DNA of 64,000 nucleotides from Candidatus Thorarchaeota archaeon SMTZ1-45 (GCA_001563335.1 LRSL01000086.1:18839-82838); one strand, 5' to 3'. Positions 41,183 to 51,824 are shown, counted from the stretch's first letter. Program-made: numbers and translations. Notes: generated from the sequence alone by a model not told the origin.

Positions 41183-41401
41183 TCATTTCCCATCATCATG
41201 TCGCCAAATCATTATTGCGAGTATGATGAGAATAACACCAGTCATCCAGTGATGATACTGAAATCCAAATAGTGCAATGTGATACTCGCTTAGGTCTGGA
41301 AGAATATGTCCAATTGGAAAACCAAACATCCACAGTTCGTCCGTAAGAAATACAATCCCTACAAGCGTCAGTAGAATTGCGAACATTTTCTTTTTCGACA
41401 T
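41183..41401 (-). CDS. Small membrane protein (HHW motif)
   Basis: 72 aa, two TM segments, YHHWMTG. Confidence 0.6.
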   Translation of the reverse strand: MSKKKMFAILLTLVGIVFLTDELWMFGFPIGHILPDLSEYHIALFGFQYHHWMTGVILIILAIMIWRHDDGK

Positions 41402-41801
41402 TCTGGTTTCCCAGTACTGTAAATATTTTCGACAGGAACAGATAATGTCGATTATAGGTGTTTTGATATTGCGTTTAAAGGATGTGAATAGTGATTCACA
41501 CTACGAGTAGCATTTAAAGAGATTAAGTGATTATTTAATAAAGAGCTAATAAAACTTGAAAATGACTTAAAATATCTATTATGCCTATTTTCCCCCTTAT
41601 AAGGCAAAAGATTCGTAATACTAATAAGTGGAAAATCCTGTTTTTAATGTTAGAAAGAAGGACGAAAAACACGCATACAGGTCTAATATTCATAGACCGT
41701 CGATGTTCATAGGCGTTCCATTGACGCTAATAATTAATAGTAACGGACCAAGCGCAAATGTCCTGCTTATCAATACCAAAATGCTGAATCCGCTACAATA
41801 G

Positions 41802-42005
41802 GTGATATACATGAAGGAAAAACTGAGAGAGAGGTTACCAATTATCGAGTGGCCTGATATAGAGAGAAGAATGGCAATAATATCACGAATGACGAGTGAA
41901 CCCCCAGCTAAAACACAGAAAAAAGAGAGTCCAGAGCTAGTAGAGAGGACTGATATTCCATCTCCTTTCTCAGGTGAATCTTCAGAGATTGAAAGGAAAA
42001 TCTAG
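41802..42005 (+). CDS. Small hypothetical protein upstream of kamA
   Basis: SD-like aggtga upstream of ATG 41811; 17-nt gap to the next gene. Confidence 0.55.
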   Translation: MIYMKEKLRERLPIIEWPDIERRMAIISRMTSEPPAKTQKKESPELVERTDIPSPFSGESSEIERKI

Positions 42006-42022
42006 GCAAGTGTTGGGATAGT

Positions 42023-43132
42023 ATGAGCTGGGATCTACTTCTAGAAGACAGTATATCAACTGTTGAGGATTTAGCTGATTATTTGCATGTGAACGACAAA
42101 GACAAAGCTGTATTGAAGGAAATCTGTCAGGATCATCCACTAAGGATATCTAAATACTACCTATCTTTGATTGACAAAGAGGATGCTGAAGATCCCATTA
42201 AGAAACTGGCTGTACCTCTAACTCATGAGAGTTATTTGGAGGGGAGCTATGACACGAGCGGTGAAAAGGTAAATACCGTTTTACCCGGATTGCAGCATAA
42301 GTACAAAGAAACTGCTGTAATTCTATCGACAAATGAATGCGCCATGTATTGTCGACATTGTTTTCGAAAGCGATTGGTTGGATTGAATACTGATGAAGTT
42401 GTTCAAGACATTCAAATCGTAGCAGATTACATTGAGAAACATAAAGAGATTAGCAACGTTCTCATCACTGGAGGCGATCCTTTTGTATTGCCAAATGGTC
42501 GCATACAAGAGTTTCTAGAAGTTTTGACAGAAATAGAGCATCTTGATTTTATAAGATTTGGAACAAGAGTTCCTGTCACTTTCCCCCAAAGAATTCTTTC
42601 AGACGAGAATCTAATAGAGATTCTGGAATCCTATTCCAAAAAGAAGAAACATCTGTATATAGTCACTCAGTTCAATCATTCTCGAGAAATAACTAAAGAA
42701 TCAATTGAGGCCTGCAATCGTCTTCAAGATGTAGGAATACTAGTCAGTAATCAGACTGTGCTTTTGAGAGGTGTCAATGATGATTCAGAAACAATGGCAC
42801 AACTACAAAGGGGTCTTGTGCGAATTGGTGTAGTGCCATATTACGTATTTCAATGTCGACCTGTGAAACGGGTGAAAAGGCACTTCCAAGTTCCACTTTA
42901 TGAGGCTTGCAAGATAATGGAAGAAACACATGCCAAGTTAGATGGACATACTAAGAGGTTTCGTTTCATTATGTCACATCCAACTGGGAAGATTGAGATT
43001 CTAGGTATCGATGGAAACCAATTCCTCTTCAAATATCATCAAGCCAAGGATTCCAGAGATTATGGTAAGATTTTCACTAGGAAAGTTGACAAGACATCTG
43101 CTTGGTTAGACGATTTAGAAATTGACACGTGA
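42023..43132 (+). CDS. KamA-family radical SAM (lysine 2,3-aminomutase-like)
   Basis: GLQHKY, CAMYCRHCFRKR, TGGDP, GTRVPV, NQTVLLRGVND, PYY.FQC. Confidence 0.9.
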   Translation: MSWDLLLEDSISTVEDLADYLHVNDKDKAVLKEICQDHPLRISKYYLSLIDKEDAEDPIKKLAVPLTHESYLEGSYDTSGEKVNTVLPGLQHKYKETAVILSTNECAMYCRHCFRKRLVGLNTDEVVQDIQIVADYIEKHKEISNVLITGGDPFVLPNGRIQEFLEVLTEIEHLDFIRFGTRVPVTFPQRILSDENLIEILESYSKKKKHLYIVTQFNHSREITKESIEACNRLQDVGILVSNQTVLLRGVNDDSETMAQLQRGLVRIGVVPYYVFQCRPVKRVKRHFQVPLYEACKIMEETHAKLDGHTKRFRFIMSHPTGKIEILGIDGNQFLFKYHQAKDSRDYGKIFTRKVDKTSAWLDDLEIDT

Positions 43133-43164
43133 TTAGCACTTTGTGTTTACTATGTTCAACCTGA

Positions 43165-44166
43165 TTAGTGTGTCTTTATATCAAGCTCTCGAACAAGCTC
43201 TTTGTACCTGTTCCGGACAGTAACTTCAGTCACTCCTGCTGCAGATGCAATCTCTCGTTGTGTCACTTTATTATTAGTGAGAATAGATGCGATGTAAAGA
43301 GCTCCAGCAGCTATTCCTCGAGGGTCACGTCCTATGAGTAATCTACCGTGGTCTTTTGCATCCTTTAGCACATCTAAAACAGTTTCTTGCATCACTCCTG
43401 GTAATTCAAGCTCTGTTATTAGCTTTGGAACATAGTTCATTGGATCTGGGATAGGCAATCGCAGTTTGAGTTTCCGTACTAAAAACCGGTAATATCGACC
43501 AATTACTTTCCATTCGATGTGTGTGTGTCGACCAATTTCCTTTAATGATCGGGGGATTTCTCTCAGACGAAATGAAGCATATATTGATGCAGCTGCAAGT
43601 GCATCAATGGACCGACTTCGTACTTTTTTCTTAACTATGAGCCTTCTGTACAACATAGCTGCGAGTTCACTGACACTCTTTTTAAGACCCAGCTGAGAAG
43701 ACAGTCTCTCAATTTCGGACAATGCTCTTGAGAGGTTTGTTTCGGCAGAACTGTGAACTCTACTACGAATCTGCCATTTCCGTAGTCGAGATATTTTGGC
43801 TCTTCTCTCTGATGAAAACCTCTTGCCTGAAGAGTCCTTATTTCTCCAATCTATTATGGTGGATAAGCCTTTATCATGAAACATGAGTTTTACAGGGCTT
43901 CCAGCCCTCGCTCGAGACTTCCTTTCATCAGCTGTGAAAGCTCTCCATTCTGGTCCATTATCGATTCGGCGATCACTTATCACAAGACCACACATAGCAC
44001 AAACTGTTTCTCCGGTCTTTGTTTTTCGAATAGCCTTTTTCGAACCACATTCAGAACATGCATCAGTAGTTGATGTTGTATCAGCTTTGTTCAATCTTCT
44101 GCTAGTTGCATTGGAACCCATTATCGAAATACTACCACCTGCGACGTCGTCTGCCATAACGATCAT
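43165..44166 (-). CDS. tfb: Transcription initiation factor IIB
   Basis: Zn ribbon CSECG...CAMCG, GPEWRAF, HDKGLST, two cyclin repeats, GVTEVTVRNRYKEL. Confidence 0.95.
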   Translation of the reverse strand: MIVMADDVAGGSISIMGSNATSRRLNKADTTSTTDACSECGSKKAIRKTKTGETVCAMCGLVISDRRIDNGPEWRAFTADERKSRARAGSPVKLMFHDKGLSTIIDWRNKDSSGKRFSSERRAKISRLRKWQIRSRVHSSAETNLSRALSEIERLSSQLGLKKSVSELAAMLYRRLIVKKKVRSRSIDALAAASIYASFRLREIPRSLKEIGRHTHIEWKVIGRYYRFLVRKLKLRLPIPDPMNYVPKLITELELPGVMQETVLDVLKDAKDHGRLLIGRDPRGIAAGALYIASILTNNKVTQREIASAAGVTEVTVRNRYKELVRELDIKTH

Positions 44167-44662
44167 ATCTTGAGTTTCGGTCGCGGCTTCTTCTTACAGA
44201 GTAAATAGCCTCACCGGAATCTCCTTTCCTATCATAAGGCTGATAGTAATGTCGTGGTCTTGGGCTTCGATAATCCTTCGTAGACATGTCAACATCATGG
44301 TTGACGTTTTCAATATCGTTCTCAGCTTTTTTGATTTCACTGTGACGACCTATCTTTAACTGCAGATTTCCTCTAAAGAAGCCTGTATACCCATTCTCAA
44401 GTTTATAGGTTGTTCCAATCTCAATTTTCTCTATTTTGTCATTCCATAGTGGAAGTTTTACTATACCAGTTTCATCTCCAACAGTGGCATCAGCGACTCG
44501 ATGAGTTTCAAATGTGCGACGGGATGTTACTTCTCTCACTTCACCTTTTTCTAAAACCTTGAAAATCAAATCCACATGTTTCATTCGTGGTTTTAATTCC
44601 TCAATCTTTATCTCGTTAGAGTCTTTGGTCTTTGTTTCATCATTTTCAATTTCAGAAGTCAT
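44132..44662 (-). CDS. Single OB-fold ssDNA-binding protein with Arg-rich tail
   Basis: KI.ELKP, VADA.VGDETG, LWND, I.NGY, crenarchaeal SSB-like; tail RRSRDRNSRYDRYGRRRRRW. Confidence 0.88.
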   Translation of the reverse strand: MTSEIENDETKTKDSNEIKIEELKPRMKHVDLIFKVLEKGEVREVTSRRTFETHRVADATVGDETGIVKLPLWNDKIEKIEIGTTYKLENGYTGFFRGNLQLKIGRHSEIKKAENDIENVNHDVDMSTKDYRSPRPRHYYQPYDRKGDSGEAIYSVRRSRDRNSRYDRYGRRRRRW

Positions 44663-45084
44663 TCAAATCACTTACACCAAATCAAGGGACGTCTAAACTA
44701 CAATCACGAAGTTAATTCCTATGTAATTCGACACGGAAATCATCAAATGCAACGACCCTTCATTATCATTAATTCGCAGATTGCCTTTTTAAATGTCAGC
44801 CTATGTAAAGCACTGATATTGTCATTTTTGAATAAAATGGATTTAATAAATCCAAAAATACTGAAAATAACTCTATTATATCCGAAATATTCATATCTCT
44901 TCTCTACTCGAAACACAAGAGAAGAGAAACTCACTAACGAACCCTATGCCATGCACCACTGGACAGGAGATTCAGTATTGTGTAGGAATCAGGCGCAGGT
45001 GTCAAGTTTGTGTGTTGGTAATAAGAACAACCAATGCAAATACTCTAGCCTCATTGGGTTCGAGTAGAATGAAGGTGAAAAATA

Positions 45085-45318
45085 TTGAAGCACACATCAG
45101 GAGAGATTATTGCAGCTCAAATTGCAAACATCCCAAATAGCAATCGTGGTTATGGATATATTACCATTGAAACTCCAAACAAGGAGCATGTTAAACTGAA
45201 AGTTGATGCAATGACCAAATACGATACTGTTGAAAGAGGAGAACATGTGACTATAGAATACGACAATCTAGGGGGCACAGAGATTCTTTCAGCTAAGAAG
45301 ATTCTCAGAAAGACATGA
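45085..45318 (+). CDS. Small OB-fold, cold-shock-like protein
   Basis: 77 aa; RGYGYITI resembles CSD RNP1; aaggtga SD before the TTG start. Confidence 0.6.
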   Translation: MKHTSGEIIAAQIANIPNSNRGYGYITIETPNKEHVKLKVDAMTKYDTVERGEHVTIEYDNLGGTEILSAKKILRKT

Positions 45319-45339
45319 TATTTAGAGGACTCAATAGTT

Positions 45340-45879
45340 ATGGGAAAAAGACCAGGACACTGCTATCGAGATTGTGACAGGCCACCCTACACTCGGAAAA
45401 GGTACATCTATAGAAGACCTACAAATAAGATTACTAGCTTTGATATGGGCAACCCATCAGGTGATTTCAAGGCAAAATTATCTTTGATTGGTCTTGAGAG
45501 ATGCCAAATACGACATCAAGCCCTTGAAGCGGCTCGTATTGCATCAAATCGGCTAATGATGAGGAATGTTGGCAGACAGAATTATCACCTACGAGTTCGT
45601 GTAAAGCCGTTTCATTTCTTGAGAGAGAACAAAATGATTTCAGGTGCTGGAGCAGATCGAATCCAAGATGGAATGCGTTTAGCGTTTGGGAAAGTCATTG
45701 GTATTGCAGCTAGAATCAAACCGAAGCAACCAATAATTTCAATCAGATGTGACAACAAACACATCAAGCAAGCGCAGCAAGCTCTGAAAAGAGCTGCACC
45801 CAAGCTCCCGACCCCATGCAAGATTATTTTTGACAAGATTGATTCCAAATTAAAACAGAGCATGGGATATGGATTTTAG
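45340..45879 (+). CDS. rpl10e: 50S ribosomal protein uL16 (L10e)
   Basis: RP..CYR, QIRH.ALEAAR, LRENKM.SGAGADR.QDGMR.AFGK, KLP. Confidence 0.96.
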   Translation: MGKRPGHCYRDCDRPPYTRKRYIYRRPTNKITSFDMGNPSGDFKAKLSLIGLERCQIRHQALEAARIASNRLMMRNVGRQNYHLRVRVKPFHFLRENKMISGAGADRIQDGMRLAFGKVIGIAARIKPKQPIISIRCDNKHIKQAQQALKRAAPKLPTPCKIIFDKIDSKLKQSMGYGF

Positions 45880-46080
45880 GGGTCTGGGTTTATAGGCCTG
45901 TGTTTCTTTCGAGAAGATATGATATGAAGTATAGAAGATCTTTATGGTTTGTTCGATTAATTGCAGGCAACTCTAAGGGAGAAAATATAGTCATTTTCTC
46001 AATCCTCTTCCTAGGAGGATAATCTATCAAATCTTGAATCTAGCTGAGTATTTGACACGAGTGTCCTGAGTGCATCTCTG

Positions 46081-47067
46081 TCAATTTTTAACTACATGGA
46101 CAATTCCATTAAGATGAATTAACTTAGCATGATTCCTACGTTCCAAGATTCTAAGAAGGTCATGGCTCTCAGCTAAAGCTAAGAGAAGCGAATTAGAATC
46201 ATAATCACCATAGATGATTCTTGAGATATCATAGACTGTTTGCGGGGTGTCTGTTAGTGAGTCAGAAGTCTTCTGGAGTTTGTCGTCATATTCAGTCCGT
46301 AGTACTTGAATTCTAGATTTGATGTCAAGAATTGGTTCTCTGTGGCCAGGTAGTGCAATATAGCTGTTTCTGGAAGCGATTCGATTCAAAGAATCGAGGT
46401 AGGTGATTATGCCTATTTTTTCTGACCTTTCGAATGATATGCTTGGGTTTGAACTGATATCTCCTAGAATGAAATCTCCACTAAAGATAACTTGTTTTTC
46501 GTCGCATACATAACATGTCGACCCAGACGAGTGTCCGGGCACCCAGACTGCAGAAATATCACCAATACCGGTTTTAAAAGTAGCACCATCATTGAAACTG
46601 ATAGCTGTTGGAACAGACTCTACAAGTGATTTGAAATACTCAATGAGACCTTTTGGTGGCAGTATCGGGCGTTCAGTCTGTGGAACTCCAGAGGATGTAA
46701 TTAGATCCGTGTAGAACTCCATGTAGAGTTCTGCATACCTATCATAGTTTACTACTGCTGTGGCGTCCTTCTGATGAATCCATACCTTTGTAGGATTGTC
46801 ATGGGCATGTGCTCGTTCTCTAACAAATTGCGCAGCCAATCCAATGTGATCAATATGACCATGAGTCAGGAGAATCTGCTCAATGTCTGACATAGAATAT
46901 GACCTTTCTTGGAGCTCTTTCTGGATTATTTCTAAACTCTTGGTAGTCTTTGGACCTGTATCAATCAGAGTGAGTGGAGAGCTTTCTATAAGGTAACAAT
47001 TAACACTACCAACAGGAAATGGAGTCGGCACCTCGATTCTAGATACTCCATCGATTAGATTCTTCAT
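46081..47067 (-). CDS. MBL-fold metallohydrolase
   Basis: LIDTG, THGHIDHIG, PGHS, FSGD, PGH. Confidence 0.9.
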   Translation of the reverse strand: MKNLIDGVSRIEVPTPFPVGSVNCYLIESSPLTLIDTGPKTTKSLEIIQKELQERSYSMSDIEQILLTHGHIDHIGLAAQFVRERAHAHDNPTKVWIHQKDATAVVNYDRYAELYMEFYTDLITSSGVPQTERPILPPKGLIEYFKSLVESVPTAISFNDGATFKTGIGDISAVWVPGHSSGSTCYVCDEKQVIFSGDFILGDISSNPSISFERSEKIGIITYLDSLNRIASRNSYIALPGHREPILDIKSRIQVLRTEYDDKLQKTSDSLTDTPQTVYDISRIIYGDYDSNSLLLALAESHDLLRILERRNHAKLIHLNGIVHVVKN

Positions 47068-47174
47068 GAGTGATTAGACCAATTGAGGTATTGCCTATAT
47101 TGTCAATATAAAGAAGGTCATCCAAACAAAAAGTCGTTTCAAAATAAATGGACATCTAGATTGTGCCATATTCA

Positions 47175-47245
47175 GTAATGAAAAGGGTGCTCAACAATAT
47201 CAAGGCAGGGTTGCTTGACGCTTTCTCAACGTTTAAGACTGTCAG
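47175..47245 (+). repeat. Array element copy 1 (5' half conserved)
   Basis: aatgaaaagggtgctcaacaatatca ... ctgtcag. Confidence 0.6.
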
Positions 47246-47270
47246 ATGAAGCTTGAGTGTGAATTGAAAA

Positions 47271-48080
47271 ATGAGTATTAACAGTTCAAAATTTGACAAA
47301 ATCAGGAATATGTTAAATGGAAAGAGAGTTCTTGTGGCATTCAGTGGAGGTGTGGATAGTACTGTGCTTGCGCACATAGCAAAAGAGACTGCTGTTGACA
47401 CGAGACTGCTGACCATCGATAGCATTACATTTCCTCGGTCAGAATTGAATGCGGCTGTAAGTATAGCAGCAGAGCTAGGTATTGAACTACAAATCATCCA
47501 AGTTGATGAACTCTCGAACAAAGATTTGGTCAGGAATCCTGTTGACAGATGTTATCATTGTAAGAAAGAGTTGTCTTCTGTCTGGTTGAAAGCTGCAGAA
47601 GACATAGGCATGGATTTAGTTGTTGAAGGGACCAATGCTAGCGAGATGGATGGACATCGTCCTGGTGTAAAAGCGCTTGAGGAATCTGGAGTGATGTCAC
47701 CATTTAGAGATGCAGGCGTCACAAAAGATGAAATTCGAACTTATGCTAGAGAGGTGGGACTCTCAGTTGCTGACAGACCTTCTATGGCTTGTCTCTCAAG
47801 TAGATTTCCATATGGCACTGAAATTACTGAAGATCGCGTGAGGATAATAGATATAGTGGAGAGAGAAATCAAAGAAACCTTTGGTATTGAATGCGTTCGT
47901 GCAAGATTTCATGGTGATCTGGTTAGAGTTGAGGTAGGGAGAGAAGAGAGAAAGAAGTTACTTGATGAAAGCAAACTTGATGAATTACATGAACTAGCGA
48001 AAAAGGCAGGGTTCAAGTATGTCACTCTTGATGCTTTTGGATATAGAACTGGTGCCATGAATGAAACTCTTGAGTCCTAA
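47271..48080 (+). CDS. larE: ATP-dependent sacrificial sulfur transferase LarE
   Basis: AFSGGVDS, NP.DRCY.CK, RPG, ACLSSR.PYG, GYRTGAMN. Confidence 0.92.
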   Translation: MSINSSKFDKIRNMLNGKRVLVAFSGGVDSTVLAHIAKETAVDTRLLTIDSITFPRSELNAAVSIAAELGIELQIIQVDELSNKDLVRNPVDRCYHCKKELSSVWLKAAEDIGMDLVVEGTNASEMDGHRPGVKALEESGVMSPFRDAGVTKDEIRTYAREVGLSVADRPSMACLSSRFPYGTEITEDRVRIIDIVEREIKETFGIECVRARFHGDLVRVEVGREERKKLLDESKLDELHELAKKAGFKYVTLDAFGYRTGAMNETLES

Positions 48081-48213
48081 TGAGTTTTCAACTGTTTCAT
48101 ATAGTCTAAGTGAAAGAGTCTACGAATTTATCCTTCACCAAGACCTTTATTAATTATAGTTAAGATAATTATAGGAAGATGCGTTTACACGTAATGAAAA
48201 TAGGTGATGGGAC

Positions 48214-48615
48214 TTGACTGAAAACCTGAAGATATCTGAAACCATCCAAGCAAAGCCAGAGGACATTTACAATGCTTGGTTAGATGGCGAGAAGCATAGT
48301 GAGATGACTGGGAGCAAAGCAATAGTGGAACTGAAAGTCAATGGAATGTTTACTGCATGGGATGGATATATTGAAGGGAAAACAATTGAAATGAGCCCCC
48401 ATCAAAGAATTGTACAGAAATGGCGTACAACTGATTTTCCGTCTGACAGTCCCGACTCGAAACTTGAAATCATTTTGAAAAGGGTGGAAAAAGGAACAAG
48501 AATAACTTTGGTCCATTCAGAAATTCCCGAGGGCCAGGCTGATGAATATAGAAAAGGTTGGCAGGAATTCTATTTCGACCCAATGAAAAGATATTTCGAA
48601 ATAAAATCAGATTGA
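48214..48615 (+). CDS. SRPBCC/AHSA1-like protein
   Basis: IYNAWLD, F.AWDGYI.G, RIVQ.WR, GW.EFYF.PM. Confidence 0.88.
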   Translation: MTENLKISETIQAKPEDIYNAWLDGEKHSEMTGSKAIVELKVNGMFTAWDGYIEGKTIEMSPHQRIVQKWRTTDFPSDSPDSKLEIILKRVEKGTRITLVHSEIPEGQADEYRKGWQEFYFDPMKRYFEIKSD

Positions 48616-48790
48616 AAGCCTGGTATTTGCGTTGACTTGCCGTTATTAATACAGAATTTTTCATCAGTCTAAGACTTTGTTTTGGAAGTGACCAGGGTCT
48701 ATACCAGCGAGTGTAGAGAGAATGAATCTTGTCAAGGGTCGTGACAATAATAGAAGTAACCTATCTAACTCCATTTCTTTTTGATTGTCA

Positions 48791-49603
48791 CTATTCATCA
48801 TCTATCGACTCCAATTCCTCTGCTTTTTTGATAGCAGTATCAGCGAGAATGAAAGCAAAGGGAGCAGTGAAGATTGAAACCATTAACAATGCGACACTTA
48901 TACCTGATAACCAAGGTATCTCCCCAGATGCAACTAGGATTAGGAATATACCTAGAGTAGACACTGAAACTACAGCAAATACTGAGAACGCTAAGAAATT
49001 CCCTCTATTTGGGGATCGCATGAGAAACCAGCTGTCGGAGATGAGAAGGAGAACAGAGAGCCCAAGATTGTATTTCCGTGCAATCTTTACCAAATTGTTC
49101 GCTGAACTCGCTGTTAACATCAAAGTGAGTATGAAGACGGTTATTGTCAAGACGGAAATAAATTGATTTTGTCCAAGCGTGAGTAATATAAAAATGAAAC
49201 TGAAAAGCACAAGCATAATTCCAAAACCAAATCCAACCTGCATTTTGAACAGATGTATCTCCTCTTTGGGTGTCATAGTCATGGCGGCAGACAGGACACC
49301 ATATCGATCCACTTGACGCTCCTCTCTGACTTGATCGAGTAGAATCAATGCCTTCTTGCCAAGGGCGGTTATCCTGTACTCACCATTGACAGTTTCTATC
49401 AGACCTACTTCTGCGAGCTCTTTGAGATGATAGTTGAACGTACCACTCTCAAGAGATGGGTCAAGACCCAAGACATGCATTAGTTGTGTATAAGAGGCAC
49501 TACCTCTTTTTGAAATGAGCTGAATGATCTCTCTTCTAGTGGAATTCGAGAGTGCCTTTAACACTCCTTCGTGATATTCTCTTGATGACTTCAATAGTAT
49601 CAC
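48791..49603 (-). CDS. ArsR-like winged-helix protein with membrane C-terminus
   Basis: LKALSNSTRREII...SGTFNYHLKEL...YRIT.LG followed by 4-5 TM segments. The track start (49726) lies inside a repeat copy, so the real start is probably ~49594-49603. Confidence 0.75.
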   Translation of the reverse strand: MILLKSSREYHEGVLKALSNSTRREIIQLISKRGSASYTQLMHVLGLDPSLESGTFNYHLKELAEVGLIETVNGEYRITALGKKALILLDQVREERQVDRYGVLSAAMTMTPKEEIHLFKMQVGFGFGIMLVLFSFIFILLTLGQNQFISVLTITVFILTLMLTASSANNLVKIARKYNLGLSVLLLISDSWFLMRSPNRGNFLAFSVFAVVSVSTLGIFLILVASGEIPWLSGISVALLMVSIFTAPFAFILADTAIKKAEELESIDDE

Positions 49604-49705
49604 GTAGTGTTTTGTTTCGAACTTATTTAAGCCATTTTCACGAAATTTTTCGACAATATCTCTGTCAGTTTGTTGAATAATTTCGACATGTTTTATGATG
49701 TTTTT

Positions 49706-49780
49706 TAAAATGACAAGGCTGCTCAACAGTGTGATTTTGTTAGGTTTCCCATGTAAATGATCCTACTGCCTTTTTCTTCA
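49706..49780 (+). repeat. Array element copy 2 (degenerate)
   Basis: aaaatgacaaggctgctcaacagtgtg...gcctttttcttca. Confidence 0.65.
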
Positions 49781-49793
49781 TATCAATCTGATG

Positions 49794-50270
49794 TTAAATC
49801 TCCTTCTCCATCCAGATATTAAAACCCCATGGGTTTGGAATTGAGCTGGTCTGTGTATATCCTCGATTCTTGTAGAATCTGATTGCCCATGTAGCATTAC
49901 AGTCCGTTACCAGTCGTATTTTCTTCAACCCCATATCTCTTGCTACAGCTTCTATATGAGAAACCAGAGCTGTACCGATTCCTTGTTTCTGATGATTTGG
50001 TAATACATAGACCCAGCGGATTCGACCAGTTTCTGCGGCTTCAACGCTCAATGCAGCTACTGCTATAATGCTTCCCTCATATCTGTGTATATAGAAAGTC
50101 ATATTCTCTAAACTTTCTTCATACTCTTTGAGTGTGATAATTGGTTCTCTGAAATACTGCTTTGGAATTATTCGACCAAACGCATCACGATTGGATGAGT
50201 TGATGACATTGATTATTTCTTGAGCATCCTTCAGTTTCGATTTTTCAATAAGAGATTCTGCATCTTTCAA
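49794..50270 (-). CDS. GNAT acetyltransferase
   Basis: YVLPNHQKQGIGTAL; AIRFYKNRGY. Confidence 0.88.
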   Translation of the reverse strand: MKDAESLIEKSKLKDAQEIINVINSSNRDAFGRIIPKQYFREPIITLKEYEESLENMTFYIHRYEGSIIAVAALSVEAAETGRIRWVYVLPNHQKQGIGTALVSHIEAVARDMGLKKIRLVTDCNATWAIRFYKNRGYTQTSSIPNPWGFNIWMEKEI

Positions 50271-50451
50271 ACTACATCATGTATCATTAATGTTAAGGAA
50301 CAATATGAATAATGAGCACTATTCCTAGTTAGCAACCTGAAAGTGTGTTTGATAATCTAGGCTAAGCTAAGTTTCTTCATTATGACTGGAGCGCCTGGTT
50401 GACTAAAACCAGTTTCCAGTTCATTTAGTAGGCTGTCAGGCAGCTTAGTTC

Positions 50452-51207
50452 CTACTGAGAGAGATATTGATCCAAATTGCCTTTCCAATTCTTATGTTCG
50501 TGTTCTGGTAACTCCTGAACTCTGCATAACGGTCTGGCGATGATTTCTCGAATCTCGAAGGACTTGAAGAAATTCATTGTGTATGTTGGTCGAACACATA
50601 GAGCTGTATCGAGCCCCTTGAATGTACCAGCACATGAAATAACATCCTCACCCTCTCTAACTTCTCCAGAGTCCACTGCGATGATTGCTGCCTCAATAGC
50701 AATTTTAGTTCCTGCGCCAAACACCTCGAGTGTCTTATCAATAATCGCCTCAGGTGTAGGGGCGTTCCAGTCTAAGGATCTTGATGGTGGCGCGAAAGGT
50801 CTTGTGCTCTGAACTATCTTGACACCATTACTGATCAAAGTCTCTCGAGTCTCGGAGTATTCAGAACGACTAAGGCCTATTGGTATTCTTCCTTTTGGAC
50901 CCCAGGTCGATGCAGGGTAGTGAGTAACAACAATCAAAACAATATCCAGATCCTTGAAGACATCAAGAACTCTCAAAGCGCTTCGGCCAGTTTCAGAAGC
51001 AACTATTACTTTGGTCAGCCCAAGCGCCTTGCAGCGGTTTCTTGCTGCTAACAATGTCTTTTCAGTATTTATCTCACCACAGTACTGGAAATATAATGTT
51101 GGGCGCTCTACATCACCCATTCGTCTATCATCTCCCTGAAACGTATGGTGCCTTTTGCCTATGAAGATGTGGTCCTTAGAAACAGATATGATAGACAGTA
51201 GTTCCAA
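50452..51207 (-). CDS. Pyruvate-kinase C-terminal-like (MTH1675-type) protein
   Basis: YF...G..NTE.TL, VASETG.SA, FG.G.K.A.E....A.D.G, GLDTA. Start is probably M at ~51120. Confidence 0.8.
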   Translation of the reverse strand: MELLSIISVSKDHIFIGKRHHTFQGDDRRMGDVERPTLYFQYCGEINTEKTLLAARNRCKALGLTKVIVASETGRSALRVLDVFKDLDIVLIVVTHYPASTWGPKGRIPIGLSRSEYSETRETLISNGVKIVQSTRPFAPPSRSLDWNAPTPEAIIDKTLEVFGAGTKIAIEAAIIAVDSGEVREGEDVISCAGTFKGLDTALCVRPTYTMNFFKSFEIREIIARPLCRVQELPEHEHKNWKGNLDQYLSQ

Positions 51208-51228
51208 TACTCTAACACACCGAGAGAA

Positions 51229-51729
51229 GTGAATAATATAGATGATTGCTGTATTATGATATATGTGATAATAATGACTTCAGAAAATCATTCGGAAAAG
51301 GAGTCGATTCTAAGACTTCGTGATAATTGGGAGGAGGCTGTCGCTTTTAGGGTTACAATTATAGATGATGGGAATTGCCGCGCAAATCACAAAGTTGGCC
51401 AAAAGTTTGAATTTAGCTGGAAATCTCCAGAGGGTATTTGCACAGAGAGCCTTGTTGGAATGTATCCCATATTACATTCCATGCGAGTATTTGGTGATAT
51501 GAGGGAATTAGGTAGTTCTGAGCGTAATGTGAGGGTGTATAATTGCCCATCTCGAGAGATCAAATTCAAGATCAAGGCCCTCTACAAATGTAACATATGC
51601 GGAAGTCAGTTACAGGTTAACCAAGATGGAGTTCAATCACTACAACTGCAGTGTACAAAGCCAGAATTTCCCCTACGTGTATGTGAAAGCTGTTATTCCA
51701 ATTATAAAGAGAAGAGAATCGAGTGGTAG
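51229..51729 (+). CDS. TIGR04076-like protein with C-terminal Zn ribbon
   Basis: G.C...HKVGQ.F......P.GIC, CP, then CxxC...CxxC. Confidence 0.7.
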   Translation: MNNIDDCCIMIYVIIMTSENHSEKESILRLRDNWEEAVAFRVTIIDDGNCRANHKVGQKFEFSWKSPEGICTESLVGMYPILHSMRVFGDMRELGSSERNVRVYNCPSREIKFKIKALYKCNICGSQLQVNQDGVQSLQLQCTKPEFPLRVCESCYSNYKEKRIEW

Positions 51730-51751
51730 TATCAATAGCAGTATGATTATC

Positions 51752-51824
51752 TAAAAACAAATAGGGCGTTCAAGAGAACACTACTAAGGCAAAGCCCCTG
51801 TTCTACAAATCCGATCAATCTTAC
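51752..51824 (+). repeat. Array element copy 3 (degenerate)
   Basis: aaatagggcgttcaagag...aggcaaagcccctgttc...atcaatcttac. Confidence 0.55.

Noticed and set aside
44743-45140. Short ORFs in the SSB/OB-protein spacer
   Set aside because: AT-rich divergent promoter region with no protein-like features.
50335-50390. Possible further repeat copy (gaaagtgtgtttgataatctaggctaagctaagtttc)
   Set aside because: Position and orientation fit, but similarity is too low to call by eye.
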